A DNA stretch of 55,418 nt from Nitrospinota bacterium (GTDB lineage: Bacteria; UBA8248; JACPRG01; G963555815). The stretch lies in contig JBHIBA010000003.1 in NCBI GenBank assembly GCA_046758845.1, positions 1-55,418 on the forward strand. The letters run 5' to 3'. The position numbers and the translations under genes were made by a program. Shown here in pieces: positions 28,057 through 37,953 of this stretch. Every line of letters begins with the position of its first letter. Position 1 is the stretch's first letter. The notes under the pieces were generated by a model. It was given only the letters and a program-made list of their open reading frames with translations, was not told the DNA's origin and ran no database searches.

Positions 28057-29769
28057 CATGGAATCGAGGGAAAGGGAGACGGTCTGGCCGCTCAACACCT
28101 CGACCCCCGGCCGCGGGACTTCACCTCAGGCCTGTTCAAGTTTCGGACAACAGCCACGGGGGAGCTTCCTGCCGATGAGGACCTCTTTCGGACCATCTCC
28201 GAGGGCATTCCGGGGACTTCCATGCCAGCATTCGGTGTGGGGGCCCATCGACTAACCGAGGGGCAGATCCGATCGCTCGTCTCCCGGGTCAAAGAGTTCT
28301 CCCCAGATTTCCAGGATGAGGATCTGAGGCCCGAGAAGATGCCCATGCCCGGCAAGCCACCTCCACGGACGCCGACCCTGCTCCGGACGGGCCGAGAACT
28401 CTACCAGCAGGCGGCCAAGGGAGGCTGCGTGGTCTGTCATGGCGCATCAGGGCGCGGGGACGGGAAAGAAGCCGGAACGCACAAGGACGACTGGGGCGAT
28501 CCTATCCTCCCGGCAAACATCACTCGTGCCTGGCGGTTCAAGCGCGGGGCTTCGGTCCGAGACATCTTCTGGACGTTGTCCACGGGCTTGAATGGGACCC
28601 CTATGCCCGGCTACACAGACTCCCTCTCGGAGACGCAACGTTGGGCCTTGGCCTATTACACACACTCATTACTGGACCAGACGGTGTCCGAGAAGGGGCC
28701 GGTTGGTTCCTGGTTCTTGAAGGGAAAAGTTCCTACAGAGCCTGACGACCCCAGGTGGCAAATGGCCCGGCCCATTGAGATCCCTCTCTTCGGCCAGGTC
28801 ATTGTTAAGCCCCGGTGGCCCAAACCGGCCATTGATTCCGTTCGCGTCCGCTCCCTCCACAATGGGCGGACCATCGCATTCCTGTTGGAGTGGGATGACC
28901 GGACCCGGAGCGGCAGCAAGAAGGGCTCAGAGGCGCTCCCCGACCGGGTGGCGATCCTGTTCCCCGTCCGAGCCCTCCACCGCGAGTGGCCACATTTCCT
29001 CTGGGGTCAGAGAGGTCGGGAGGAGAACATCTGGCAGTGGAGCGCGGGTTCCTCGCAGGTTCTCGAACTCAACGCCTCCGGACCTCAACGCCTTCGCCGC
29101 CAGTCCAGTTCCGGTCAAGAAGTCCAAGGACGCGCCTCTTACATGGACGGACGATGGCGCGTCGTCCTCCGGCGCCATCTGATCACGAACGACCGCGAAC
29201 ACGACGCCCAGGTTCCCCAGGGTCGATCCATTCCCTTCGCCCTCATGGCCTGGGACGGGAGCCGGGGCGAGGAGGGATTGCGGGGGGCTATCTCCTCCTG
29301 GCATCTCTTGCAAGTGGACAGCTCAAAGGGCCCGCATCTCAAAGAAGAGAAGAACTCGGTCGCCGCCACACGGGTTGTCCATCCATTCCTTCCATCGAAA
29401 TACGTGGGTCTGGAAAATCCCTTTCGGCGTGATCGTTCCGCCCGATCCCGTTACTTGAAGGAGGGGGAGGCCATTTACGCGGCAAACTGCATTTTCTGTC
29501 ATGGAGACGGCTTGGACGGAAGGGGACACTTCGCCCGTGCCCTGACCCTCCCTCCGGCCGACCTGACCTCCCCCGAGTCCCTGGCTTCCTTGCACGAATC
29601 CTACGCATTCTGGCGAGTGCGCGAAGGGTGGGCGGCTCTGCCGCCTGAGTCGAAACCCTGGCTCTCCGCCATGCCCCGCTGGAAGGAAATCTTGACGGAA
29701 GAGGAAACCTGGAAGGTTCTCCTCTACCTCTACGACCGGATTGGCGTAAGGCCGCACCCCTGGTATTGA
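27814..29769 (+). CDS. triheme cytochrome c with an EB_dh (DMSO reductase type II gamma-like) domain; start uncertain
   Basis: CAICH, CVVCH, CIFCH; PRPRDFT..FKFRTT, GTPMP; central LEWDD...AWDG beta-domain; hydrophobic signal near the N-terminus. Confidence 0.88.
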   Translation: MALAMNCGRGWASLRSPGGRTALCRCVSGGQWSAGWKSRGKIGLVLFAFFCGALSAFGLPAAHGRQPSPGAALYAKECAICHGIEGKGDGLAAQHLDPRPRDFTSGLFKFRTTATGELPADEDLFRTISEGIPGTSMPAFGVGAHRLTEGQIRSLVSRVKEFSPDFQDEDLRPEKMPMPGKPPPRTPTLLRTGRELYQQAAKGGCVVCHGASGRGDGKEAGTHKDDWGDPILPANITRAWRFKRGASVRDIFWTLSTGLNGTPMPGYTDSLSETQRWALAYYTHSLLDQTVSEKGPVGSWFLKGKVPTEPDDPRWQMARPIEIPLFGQVIVKPRWPKPAIDSVRVRSLHNGRTIAFLLEWDDRTRSGSKKGSEALPDRVAILFPVRALHREWPHFLWGQRGREENIWQWSAGSSQVLELNASGPQRLRRQSSSGQEVQGRASYMDGRWRVVLRRHLITNDREHDAQVPQGRSIPFALMAWDGSRGEEGLRGAISSWHLLQVDSSKGPHLKEEKNSVAATRVVHPFLPSKYVGLENPFRRDRSARSRYLKEGEAIYAANCIFCHGDGLDGRGHFARALTLPPADLTSPESLASLHESYAFWRVREGWAALPPESKPWLSAMPRWKEILTEEETWKVLLYLYDRIGVRPHPWY

Positions 29770-29839
29770 GCGCGGCTGCTGCGGCCCATCCTGGTTCCGA
29801 CTCAAGGCAAAGCCCGCAATTGCAGACCAGAGGCTTCTT

Positions 29840-31951
29840 GTGGGGGGAATAGTTCAGCGGGACGTGGGAATTCTGGAACAAATTCAGGCGGCGCAGGGGA
29901 GTGAATTCGTCGTGCGGGAGCCGGTTTGCTCGGCTGGCCGGGGGACATGGATCCGCCCCTGCCTTTGGGTCAAGGGCCGCCTTTTCCTCCTAATCGTCCT
30001 CTCACCCCTCTTTTTTGCCATCCCGGCTCTGGCCCAGACGGCGGCCGCCAGACCCGTTGACTACCGGTCTTTCTTTGGCCTGGACTCCCGGACGGCAATC
30101 TGGATGATTGCCGAGATCCACCTCATGTTCGGGGCCTTCGTCCTGGGCGTTCCCATCTTCGCCCTCATCGTCGAGATCATCGGTGCCAAAACCAAGGACC
30201 ATCGCTACGACAACCTGGCCCGCGAGTTCGTCAAGCTGCTGGTGGCGGCCTTCTCCACGACGGCCTCTCTGGGGGGGCTCCTGGTCTTCGCCCTTTTCGG
30301 CCTCTATCCCAAGTTTATGGGCTTCATGACCGGTATCTTCGGGCCCACCATGTACGTTTATGGGTTTCTCTTCTTCGTCGAGGCCTTCAGCCTTTACCTC
30401 TACTACTACTCCTGGGACCGACTGGCGGATCGCAAGGCCCTCCACATCGGCCTGGGTGTGCTGCTGAACCTCTCGGGCATCCTCATCATGATGATCGCCA
30501 ACTCGTGGGCGACCTACATGATGAGCCCAACGGGCATTGACGAGAAGACCGGTCAGTTCATTGGCACGCTCTGGCAGGCGGTCGATAACCCCTTGTGGAA
30601 CCCCGTCAACATCCACCGCTTCATCGCCAACGTGGCGTTCGGGGGTTTCATCGCGGGGGCATACGCGGCCATCAAGTTCTTGGGGGCCAGGTCCGCGGAT
30701 GAGCAGGCCCACTACGACTGGATGGGGTACATCGGCAACTTCGTCGGGATCGCGGCCCTGATCCCTCTGCCCTTTGCCGGCTACTATCTGGGGCGGGAGG
30801 TCTATAGCGCCAGTCCCGTCATGGGGAACAACATGATGGGAGGGGCCTTTTCCTGGACCTTCATCATCCAGGCGCTGCTCATCGGCATGCTGTTCATCGG
30901 CGCCAATTTCTATCTCTGGAACGGCATGGAGCGGATCCCCGGGGCCGAGCGCTACACGCCCTACATCAAGTGGCTGAACCTCGCCCTCATCCTTTCCTTC
31001 GTCGTATGGCTCACCCCTCACAATCTCCCCCTCTCCTCGCAGGAGCAGATCCTGATGGGGGGCCAGTACCACCCCGTGCTGAAGTACCTGGGTCTGATGC
31101 CGGCTAAGAACGCGGTGGTGAACTTCATTATCCTCTCAACCTTATTCTCCTTCCTCCTGTACCGGCGGGGGAACAAGGGCAAGACCCTCCCCATCAGCGC
31201 ACAGGGGAGGACCACGAGGATCGTCCTCGCCGCGGCTTCGGTCGTCTGCATCCTCATCCTTTATTGGTACGCCGACTTCCTCTTTCGCCTGGAGGCGAAA
31301 GAGATGGACCTGCCGGCCGAGCGGGCCTCCATTTTCCGCTTCACGGCCTGGCTGCTGGTCATCGAGATGGTCGGCGTTCTCATCGCGGCCGGCTTGACCT
31401 TCTGGGACCGGGGAGTCCCGGCCCAGTTTTTCTACCTCCTCCTGACGGCCGTCCTCGTCACGGGCGTCCTGGGCGTCTATGGGTTCGTCGTCCTCGAGAA
31501 GGCGAACCCCTTCCTTCGGAACATCGCCGTCGTTCAGGTCCTGATGGTCCTGACGGCCCTCATCCTCGGCACGACCATCGACGTCTGCGTCTTCCGCAAT
31601 GCCGAGGAGATCGGGCAGATTGCGTGGGGGAAGGTCCCCGCACGGGCCCAGTACACGCTCGTGCTCCTGTGCGTCTCCATCGTCATGCTCATGGGGCTCA
31701 TGGGCTTCATCCGCTCGGGCCTGCGGGAGGACTGGCACATCTATGGTGCGATGCGGGATACCTCGGCCGGCGCCTTCACCCCGACAATGGCCTACATGTC
31801 CTGGGTGGTCGGGGCCATCACGATCGTCTTCCTCGGCCTTGTGGCCTTCGTGTTCTGGCTGGCGAGCCTGGGCGAAGCGAAGCCGGGAACCGGGCATCGG
31901 GAGATGAGTCCGGCGGGCGTCCCGGCGGGGGCAGGGGGGGAGGTGCAATGA
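29840..31951 (+). CDS. cytochrome bd-like oxidase subunit (CydA-like); start uncertain
   Basis: Many TM helices; EIHLMFGAFVLG, VEAFSLYLYYYSWD, ANSWATYMMSP and NIHRFIAN match the CydA N-half His/Glu positions. No obvious Q-loop. Confidence 0.85.
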   Translation: MGGIVQRDVGILEQIQAAQGSEFVVREPVCSAGRGTWIRPCLWVKGRLFLLIVLSPLFFAIPALAQTAAARPVDYRSFFGLDSRTAIWMIAEIHLMFGAFVLGVPIFALIVEIIGAKTKDHRYDNLAREFVKLLVAAFSTTASLGGLLVFALFGLYPKFMGFMTGIFGPTMYVYGFLFFVEAFSLYLYYYSWDRLADRKALHIGLGVLLNLSGILIMMIANSWATYMMSPTGIDEKTGQFIGTLWQAVDNPLWNPVNIHRFIANVAFGGFIAGAYAAIKFLGARSADEQAHYDWMGYIGNFVGIAALIPLPFAGYYLGREVYSASPVMGNNMMGGAFSWTFIIQALLIGMLFIGANFYLWNGMERIPGAERYTPYIKWLNLALILSFVVWLTPHNLPLSSQEQILMGGQYHPVLKYLGLMPAKNAVVNFIILSTLFSFLLYRRGNKGKTLPISAQGRTTRIVLAAASVVCILILYWYADFLFRLEAKEMDLPAERASIFRFTAWLLVIEMVGVLIAAGLTFWDRGVPAQFFYLLLTAVLVTGVLGVYGFVVLEKANPFLRNIAVVQVLMVLTALILGTTIDVCVFRNAEEIGQIAWGKVPARAQYTLVLLCVSIVMLMGLMGFIRSGLREDWHIYGAMRDTSAGAFTPTMAYMSWVVGAITIVFLGLVAFVFWLASLGEAKPGTGHREMSPAGVPAGAGGEVQ

Positions 31952-32805
31952 GACGGGACCGCCGAAGAGGGCCGATCCTGGGGGTGTTCTGGTGGTCTCT
32001 CGTGGTATTCGCGGGTACGTGGATCTTCCTGGAACACGCCTTTCCCCATCTGGCCCAGTGGATCGCCGACTCCGCCAATCCCCTTCCCATCCCCAGCGCC
32101 GCCATGGCCATGTACCTGGGCCTGACCCTTGTGGGGATAGGGGTCTATGCCTTCTCCACCGACCGCCTCATGCACCAGTTCCTGCGCCCCCCGATGCTCT
32201 TGCTCAAGGGCGAAGGCGGCTCCGCGGTCCGGTTCCTCCGATGGGCCGTCCTGGTCCTCTTCCCCCTCCTCTTTGCCTACGGTGTGTACGCCGGTATGGT
32301 TCCTTCGGCCCAAGCGCCCATCGAATCCCGCATCCAGCACCCCACGATCCCAGGCCGGTTCGAGCGGCTCCACAACCCCTTCCGCAACCCCACCGAGGGG
32401 GAGGTGAAGGCTTTTATCCAAAGAGCCCGTCTGGGGGATGTAGACCTGGAGGCGGCCCGGCGGCGGCTGGTCCAGGAGTATACCCGGGAAGGCCTCATCC
32501 TTTACCAGAAGAACTGCCGCCCCTGCCATGGGACCAAGGCCGATGGAACCGGCCCCATGGCGGAGGGCTTTCGCCTCCGGCCCGCCGACTTCACCGACTC
32601 AGGGACCATCGCCACTCTCGTGGAGGCCTACCTCTTCTGGCGCATTCAGGAAGGAGGTATCGGCCTCCCCAACGAAGCAAGCCCATGGGACTCGGCCATG
32701 CCCCGGTGGAAGGACGATCTGACGGACGATGAGATCTGGAAGATCATCCTGGCCGAGTATGACATCGCCGGGGTGGAGCCGCGCATCCCGGAGAAGACGG
32801 AGTAG
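31948..32805 (+). CDS. membrane-bound monoheme cytochrome c
   Basis: ATGA overlap with the preceding gene; three TM helices, CRPCH, SAMPRWK. Confidence 0.88.
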   Translation: MRRDRRRGPILGVFWWSLVVFAGTWIFLEHAFPHLAQWIADSANPLPIPSAAMAMYLGLTLVGIGVYAFSTDRLMHQFLRPPMLLLKGEGGSAVRFLRWAVLVLFPLLFAYGVYAGMVPSAQAPIESRIQHPTIPGRFERLHNPFRNPTEGEVKAFIQRARLGDVDLEAARRRLVQEYTREGLILYQKNCRPCHGTKADGTGPMAEGFRLRPADFTDSGTIATLVEAYLFWRIQEGGIGLPNEASPWDSAMPRWKDDLTDDEIWKIILAEYDIAGVEPRIPEKTE

Positions 32806-32811
32806 GCCGCC

Positions 32812-34539
32812 ATGGGAACCTGGATGCGGATGACCATCGGGGCAGCGGCTCTGGGAGCCCTGGGCCTCCTGGCCCCGCCGACCCAGGCTCAGCGAGGCGT
32901 GCGCCGAGACGAGGGCGTGTTTCCCTCCGGCTACGCCGACGCCGACCTGAAGAAGTCCAAGCCCAAGGTGACCCCCGAGCGGGCCGCCGAGGGGAAGAAG
33001 ATCTACACAAGTTGGTGCTCTTTCTGCCACGGCGAGGAGGGCGACGGGAAGGGGCCGGTGGCCTCCTACCTGGACCCCCGTCCCCGGGACTTCACGTCCA
33101 ACCTGTTTAAGTTCCGCACCACGACCACGGGCGAGCTGCCTACCGACGAGGATCTCTATCGAACTGTCTCCTTAGGGGTGCCGGGGACGGCCATGCCCGC
33201 TTGGGGAGAAGGGAACTTCCGCCTAAGCGCGCAGGATCGCTGGAAGGTGGTCTTCTATATCAAGACCCTGGCCGAGGACTTCGGAGACCCCGACCTCAGT
33301 CCTTACAACGCCCTCATCGACCTGCCGGCCCCTCCCCCCAAGAGGGCTGAGCTCATTGCCCGCGGGCGGGAACTCTACCAGGACAAGACCAAAGGGGGCT
33401 GCGTCAAGTGCCACGGACCCGAAGGGAGGGGAGATGGCCCCGAGGCCGGCGCCCAACAGGATGACTGGGGTTTCCGCATCCTCGCCCAGGACCTGACCAG
33501 GTCCTGGCGATACAAGAACTGGGGCTCGAGCCCCGAGCAGATCTTTCGGACCCTCTCCACGGGCATCAACGGCACGCCGATGCCCGGGTACGCCGATTCC
33601 CTTTCCGAGGAGGAGCGCTGGGCCTTGGCCTATTATGTGGACTCCCTGGTGATCCGACCCCTGACAGGGGATGTGGTCCTGCCGGTGCCACGCGCAGAGG
33701 GCGAACTTCCCACCGACCCCAAGGACCCAAGGTGGGCCAAGGCTCCGGCCCTGTACGTCCGCATGAGCGGACAGGTGGTGGTCTCTCCCCGCTGGCAGAA
33801 TCCCTCGGTGGACATGGTCCACGTCCAGGCTTTCTACAACGAGAAGGGGATCGCCCTGCGCCTGACCTGGGACGACCGGTTCAAGGATGTCACCCATGAG
33901 AAACCGGAGGGGGTCTCGGGCTGGGAATCCAAGGACTCCTATGTGAAGGTGGAGACCGTCCGGAAACTGAAGAACCTCCGGGACGCCATCGCCCTGGAGT
34001 TTCCCACGGACCTCACCGAAGGTCCCCAAAAACCGTACTTCATGCTGGGGCAGTCGGGCCGGCCGGTCAACTTGTGGGAATGGCGGGCGGACTGGAACGA
34101 GAAACCCGAAACGCACGGCGGGCGGACGGTCATCGAGGCGATCGCGCGCTCTTTCAAGAAGCCTCCTAAGCCTCTACCCAAGGCCTCCCAGAACACCAAC
34201 GGGCGGGGGGCCTGGGAGAGAGGACAATGGACGGTTGTCCTGACGCGCTCCCTCACCACCCAGGACACCCGCCGGCAGATCCAGTTCCGGACCGGCCCTT
34301 TCATCCCCTTCGCCGTCCACGCCTGGGACGGAAGCAATGGCGAGTTCGGCCTCCTGCGCTCCATCTCCTCATGGCACTACCTCAAGCTGCAGAGGAAGAC
34401 CCCGGCAAGCGTGTACGCCTACGGCCTCTTGGGAGGCCTCCTGGCCGTCCTCTTTGAGGGATGGGTGGTCCGGCGGGTGAAGCGGGTCCCCATTCCGGGC
34501 GCTGACGAGGCGAACCGGGAAGAGAGACAAGAGGCATGA
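32812..34539 (+). CDS. diheme cytochrome c with EB_dh domain and C-terminal membrane anchor
   Basis: Signal peptide, CSFCH, CVKCH, LTWDD, KPYFMLG, AWDGSNGE, C-terminal TM helix. Confidence 0.9.
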   Translation: MGTWMRMTIGAAALGALGLLAPPTQAQRGVRRDEGVFPSGYADADLKKSKPKVTPERAAEGKKIYTSWCSFCHGEEGDGKGPVASYLDPRPRDFTSNLFKFRTTTTGELPTDEDLYRTVSLGVPGTAMPAWGEGNFRLSAQDRWKVVFYIKTLAEDFGDPDLSPYNALIDLPAPPPKRAELIARGRELYQDKTKGGCVKCHGPEGRGDGPEAGAQQDDWGFRILAQDLTRSWRYKNWGSSPEQIFRTLSTGINGTPMPGYADSLSEEERWALAYYVDSLVIRPLTGDVVLPVPRAEGELPTDPKDPRWAKAPALYVRMSGQVVVSPRWQNPSVDMVHVQAFYNEKGIALRLTWDDRFKDVTHEKPEGVSGWESKDSYVKVETVRKLKNLRDAIALEFPTDLTEGPQKPYFMLGQSGRPVNLWEWRADWNEKPETHGGRTVIEAIARSFKKPPKPLPKASQNTNGRGAWERGQWTVVLTRSLTTQDTRRQIQFRTGPFIPFAVHAWDGSNGEFGLLRSISSWHYLKLQRKTPASVYAYGLLGGLLAVLFEGWVVRRVKRVPIPGADEANREERQEA

Positions 34540-35459
34540 AGACCTGGCGAAACGTCATTCTTTTCACCCTCGTCCTGATCGGGTTCTTCATCTATGTGAG
34601 CACCCTCTTGACGCAGATCTCGGGCTCGACCGGCGCCAAGGCCGTGAGTGGGGAGATCACCCCCGAGGCCGGCGAGGCCCTCTTCTGGGGAAAGGGGAAG
34701 TGCTACACCTGCCACAGCATCGGGGCTCGCGGCAGCGCCGTTCGCGGCCCCAACCTGGGGGTGGCCGAGAAGTTCCCCGAGCCTGTAGCGGTCCGGGCTG
34801 CTAAGCGCAGGGCGGGGACCTCCGCCACCGGCTACATCGTCGAGTCCATTTACGACCCGAACGCCTTCGTCGTTCCGGGCTTCTCAAAGGGCCTGATGAA
34901 GCCCATCAACAGGCCCCCCATCGCCCTCTCCGACGAGGAGATCACAGCGGTCATCACCTACCTCCTTAGCCAGGGGGGCCAGGAGGTGGACGCCAACCTG
35001 GTGGGACAGATCAATAAGGACCAGCAGCCCTTCCGTGTGGCCGCCGCCCAGGAGTTGCCGGAGGCCGGGCCGACGCTCAAGATCCCCGAGGGGGACCCCG
35101 AGACGGGCTACGAGGTTTTCCAGCGGTTGGAGTGCTACGAGTGCCACAAGATCGAGAATTTCGAGTTTCCCGTTTCCGAGGAAACGGCCGGGGTGGGCCC
35201 GGATCTGACGGGGATCGGGGAGATACAGACCCGGGTATACCTGTTCGAGTCCATCCTGAGTCCCAATGCCGTCGTCGTTCAGGGGCCCGGATACACCGGG
35301 AATGATGGGAACTCGAAGATGCCCCAGTTCCACGACGTCATGACAGTGAGCCAACTGCAGGACCTCGTAGCTTTCCTCTCCGGCCTAAGGGCTGATTCCG
35401 CTTCCGCGCAGTTCGAAGAGGAAGAAGACGAGGAAGACGACGAAGACGAAAAGGAGTGA
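34536..35459 (+). CDS. membrane-anchored diheme cytochrome c
   Basis: N-terminal TM, CYTCH, CYECH, GPNL/GPDL, YIVESI/YLFESI, acidic tail. Confidence 0.9.
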   Translation: MKTWRNVILFTLVLIGFFIYVSTLLTQISGSTGAKAVSGEITPEAGEALFWGKGKCYTCHSIGARGSAVRGPNLGVAEKFPEPVAVRAAKRRAGTSATGYIVESIYDPNAFVVPGFSKGLMKPINRPPIALSDEEITAVITYLLSQGGQEVDANLVGQINKDQQPFRVAAAQELPEAGPTLKIPEGDPETGYEVFQRLECYECHKIENFEFPVSEETAGVGPDLTGIGEIQTRVYLFESILSPNAVVVQGPGYTGNDGNSKMPQFHDVMTVSQLQDLVAFLSGLRADSASAQFEEEEDEEDDEDEKE

Positions 35460-35504
35460 GCGGAAAGCTCCTTCCCCAACCCATTCGAGGAGGTGGAAAG
35501 GGAC

Positions 35505-36311
35505 ATGAAGAGGATATTTCCGATCCTGTTGGTTTTTAGCCTGGCCTTTGGGCCGGCTCATGCAGCCGCGGCAAAGAGAGTCAAGTACAAGGCCGTCGAG
35601 ATCAAGAATGGCGGCACCATCACCGGCACCGTTAAGTGGGAGGGAGCCCTCCCCCAGCTCAAGCCTTTTCCGATCACCAGGGATCCCGAGTTCTGCGATC
35701 TGGACAAGACGGGAGTCAAGAAATCGCCCCGACTGGTGTTGGATCCCCAGATGGGGGTCGCCAACAGCGTGGTCTATCTGGAGGACATCGAGAAGGGGAA
35801 GAAACTCCAGCGCTTCAGCAAGGCGAAACCCCTGACATGGGACCAGAAGGGCTGCGAGTATTCACCCCACGTGCTTGTGGTGCCGGTGAAGTCCTATCTG
35901 GGCATGCGCAGCAGCGACGCCATCCTGCACAACATCCACATGTTCGGGGCCGCATCCTACAACCTCCCCTTCCCCGAGAAGAGAACGGTCATCACCAAGC
36001 GCATGCGAAAGAAGGGGGTCATCACCCTGCGATGCGACGCGGGCCACGGGTGGATGAGCGGGATCATCTTCGTGGTGGGTCATCCCTACTACGCCGTAAC
36101 GGACGCCCGGGGGAATTTCACCTTGAGAGATGTCCCGCCGGGCAAGTACACCCTCCGGGCCTGGCATGAGGGATGGAACGTGGTCAAGACCATCAAGAAG
36201 GATGGAAAGCCCGCCTTCTACGAGTTCGACGAGCCGAGAGTCCTTTCCCGGGATGTCACCGTTCCGGCTGGAGGAGGGGTGAGCGTGAGGTTCACCTTGA
36301 GGGGGAAATAG
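35505..36311 (+). CDS. exported cupredoxin-like / carboxypeptidase-regulatory-like domain protein
   Basis: Signal peptide; DQKGCEYSPHV, LHNIH, CDAGHGWM, DVPPGKYTLRAWHE. Confidence 0.8.
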   Translation: MKRIFPILLVFSLAFGPAHAAAAKRVKYKAVEIKNGGTITGTVKWEGALPQLKPFPITRDPEFCDLDKTGVKKSPRLVLDPQMGVANSVVYLEDIEKGKKLQRFSKAKPLTWDQKGCEYSPHVLVVPVKSYLGMRSSDAILHNIHMFGAASYNLPFPEKRTVITKRMRKKGVITLRCDAGHGWMSGIIFVVGHPYYAVTDARGNFTLRDVPPGKYTLRAWHEGWNVVKTIKKDGKPAFYEFDEPRVLSRDVTVPAGGGVSVRFTLRGK

Positions 36312-36382
36312 CCGGGAGGAGACACGGGATCCTCCCGCAGCCCAGCGCGCGACCGTTGGATCGCAACGAGCCGGGGAGAGTC

Positions 36383-37807
36383 ATGTACGAGACCATTTAC
36401 GTCCCTGTCGATAATTCAGAAAATTCAAACCGGGCCGTTGATCTGGCGATTGCCCTTGCCCGGTGGTTCCGGGCGCGGCTGGTGGGGAGCCACGTTTATG
36501 CCGCCAAGCTCCACGCCCACCGCTTCAAGCAGATGGAGTTTACCCTCCCGGGCGAATACCGAAAGGAGAAGGAGTTGAGGCGCCAGCGGACCATCCACGA
36601 CTCTCTCATCTCCATGGGACTACGTCTCATCTCCAACTCCTACCTTGACGCAATCCAGGACACGTGCCAGGCGGCGGGGGTCCCCTTCGAAAGAAAGATC
36701 TTAGAGGGAAGGCATTACCGGGTTCTCCTCGACGACATCCAAAACAGCCGCTATGACCTGGTTGTGATGGGCGCCCTCGGGATGGGTGCTGGGAAGGGCC
36801 GCCAATTGGGAAGCGTCTGCGAGCGGGTCGTCCGGAAGACCACCGCCGATGTGCTCGTGGTTAAAGAGCTAGGCTCCGGCCAGACGGATACCCGGCGGTC
36901 CATCCTCGTCGGGATCGACGGGAGCCCCCAATCCTTCGGGGCTCTCAAGGCTGCCTTGGCCCTAAGCCGCGCGTTCGGCCGGCCTGTGGAGGCGGTGGGG
37001 GTGTATGACCCTTACCTCCACTCCGCGATGTTCAAGAGTATTGCGGGTGTACTTTCCGAGAAGGGCTCCAAGGTTTTCCGCTTCGAGGACCAGGAGCGAC
37101 TCCATGAGGAGATCACCGATGCGGGAATAGGCAAAATTTATCAGTCCCACCTCCAGGTTGCCAAACATCTAGCCGAGGAGGAAGAAATCCCCCTTACCAC
37201 CACGCTCTTGGACGGTAAAGCCTTCGAGGGGATTCTCAAACATGCCCGCCAAACCAGGCCCTGGCTCCTCATCCTGGGGCGGATCGGCATCCACGGAGAT
37301 GAGCGGGTCGATGACCTGGGGAGCGCCGCCGAAAATCTCCTCCGGCTCACCCCGTGCAACCTCTTCCTGACAGGGCAGAAGGTCCATCCGCCGATGGATG
37401 TGAAAGCCGAGGAAACCGTCGCCTGGAGCCAAGAGGCCCTCGAGCGAATGAGCCGGGTCCCCAGTATGGTTCAGGGAATGGCCAGGACCGCCGTCCTGCG
37501 ATACGCCATAGAACAGGGCCATTCCGTCGTTACCTCGGACCTCATCGACGCCGCGATGGGCAGTTTCATGCCTTCAGGCACCGTCGCTTCCGCAGAGAAC
37601 GAAACTGAAGGGGAAAAGCCCTCTGATGGTGTGGATACCGAGTGGTCCGGCGAGGCCCAAAAGGCCTTGGGCGACATCCCTGACGCTTACCTTAGACGCC
37701 GCTCGCGGGCCCGGATTGAGAAAACCGCGCGGATGAAACGCCTGGAGAACATCACCCTGAGTTTCGTCGAGCCCATCATCGAAGACACGATGAACGGGAG
37801 CAAGTGA
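36383..37807 (+). CDS. tandem universal stress protein with two C-terminal PCP_red-like domains
   Basis: IYVPVDNS, DLVVMGALG, GSVCERVV; second USP ILVGIDGS...GSAAE; WSQEA...VP and WSGEA...IP helical units. Confidence 0.87.
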   Translation: MYETIYVPVDNSENSNRAVDLAIALARWFRARLVGSHVYAAKLHAHRFKQMEFTLPGEYRKEKELRRQRTIHDSLISMGLRLISNSYLDAIQDTCQAAGVPFERKILEGRHYRVLLDDIQNSRYDLVVMGALGMGAGKGRQLGSVCERVVRKTTADVLVVKELGSGQTDTRRSILVGIDGSPQSFGALKAALALSRAFGRPVEAVGVYDPYLHSAMFKSIAGVLSEKGSKVFRFEDQERLHEEITDAGIGKIYQSHLQVAKHLAEEEEIPLTTTLLDGKAFEGILKHARQTRPWLLILGRIGIHGDERVDDLGSAAENLLRLTPCNLFLTGQKVHPPMDVKAEETVAWSQEALERMSRVPSMVQGMARTAVLRYAIEQGHSVVTSDLIDAAMGSFMPSGTVASAENETEGEKPSDGVDTEWSGEAQKALGDIPDAYLRRRSRARIEKTARMKRLENITLSFVEPIIEDTMNGSK

Positions 37808-37953
37808 CCCGAGTGACCATCTCAGCCGGAAAGGGGATTTCTTCTGCTCGCCCCGACCCACGCGGGGGTGGATGATGCGGCCTCGGGCTATTCAGATGAC
37901 GGGACCGGTGGGATGGAGATAGGGGATCTTAATGGCGAAGGAGGTGCATCACC

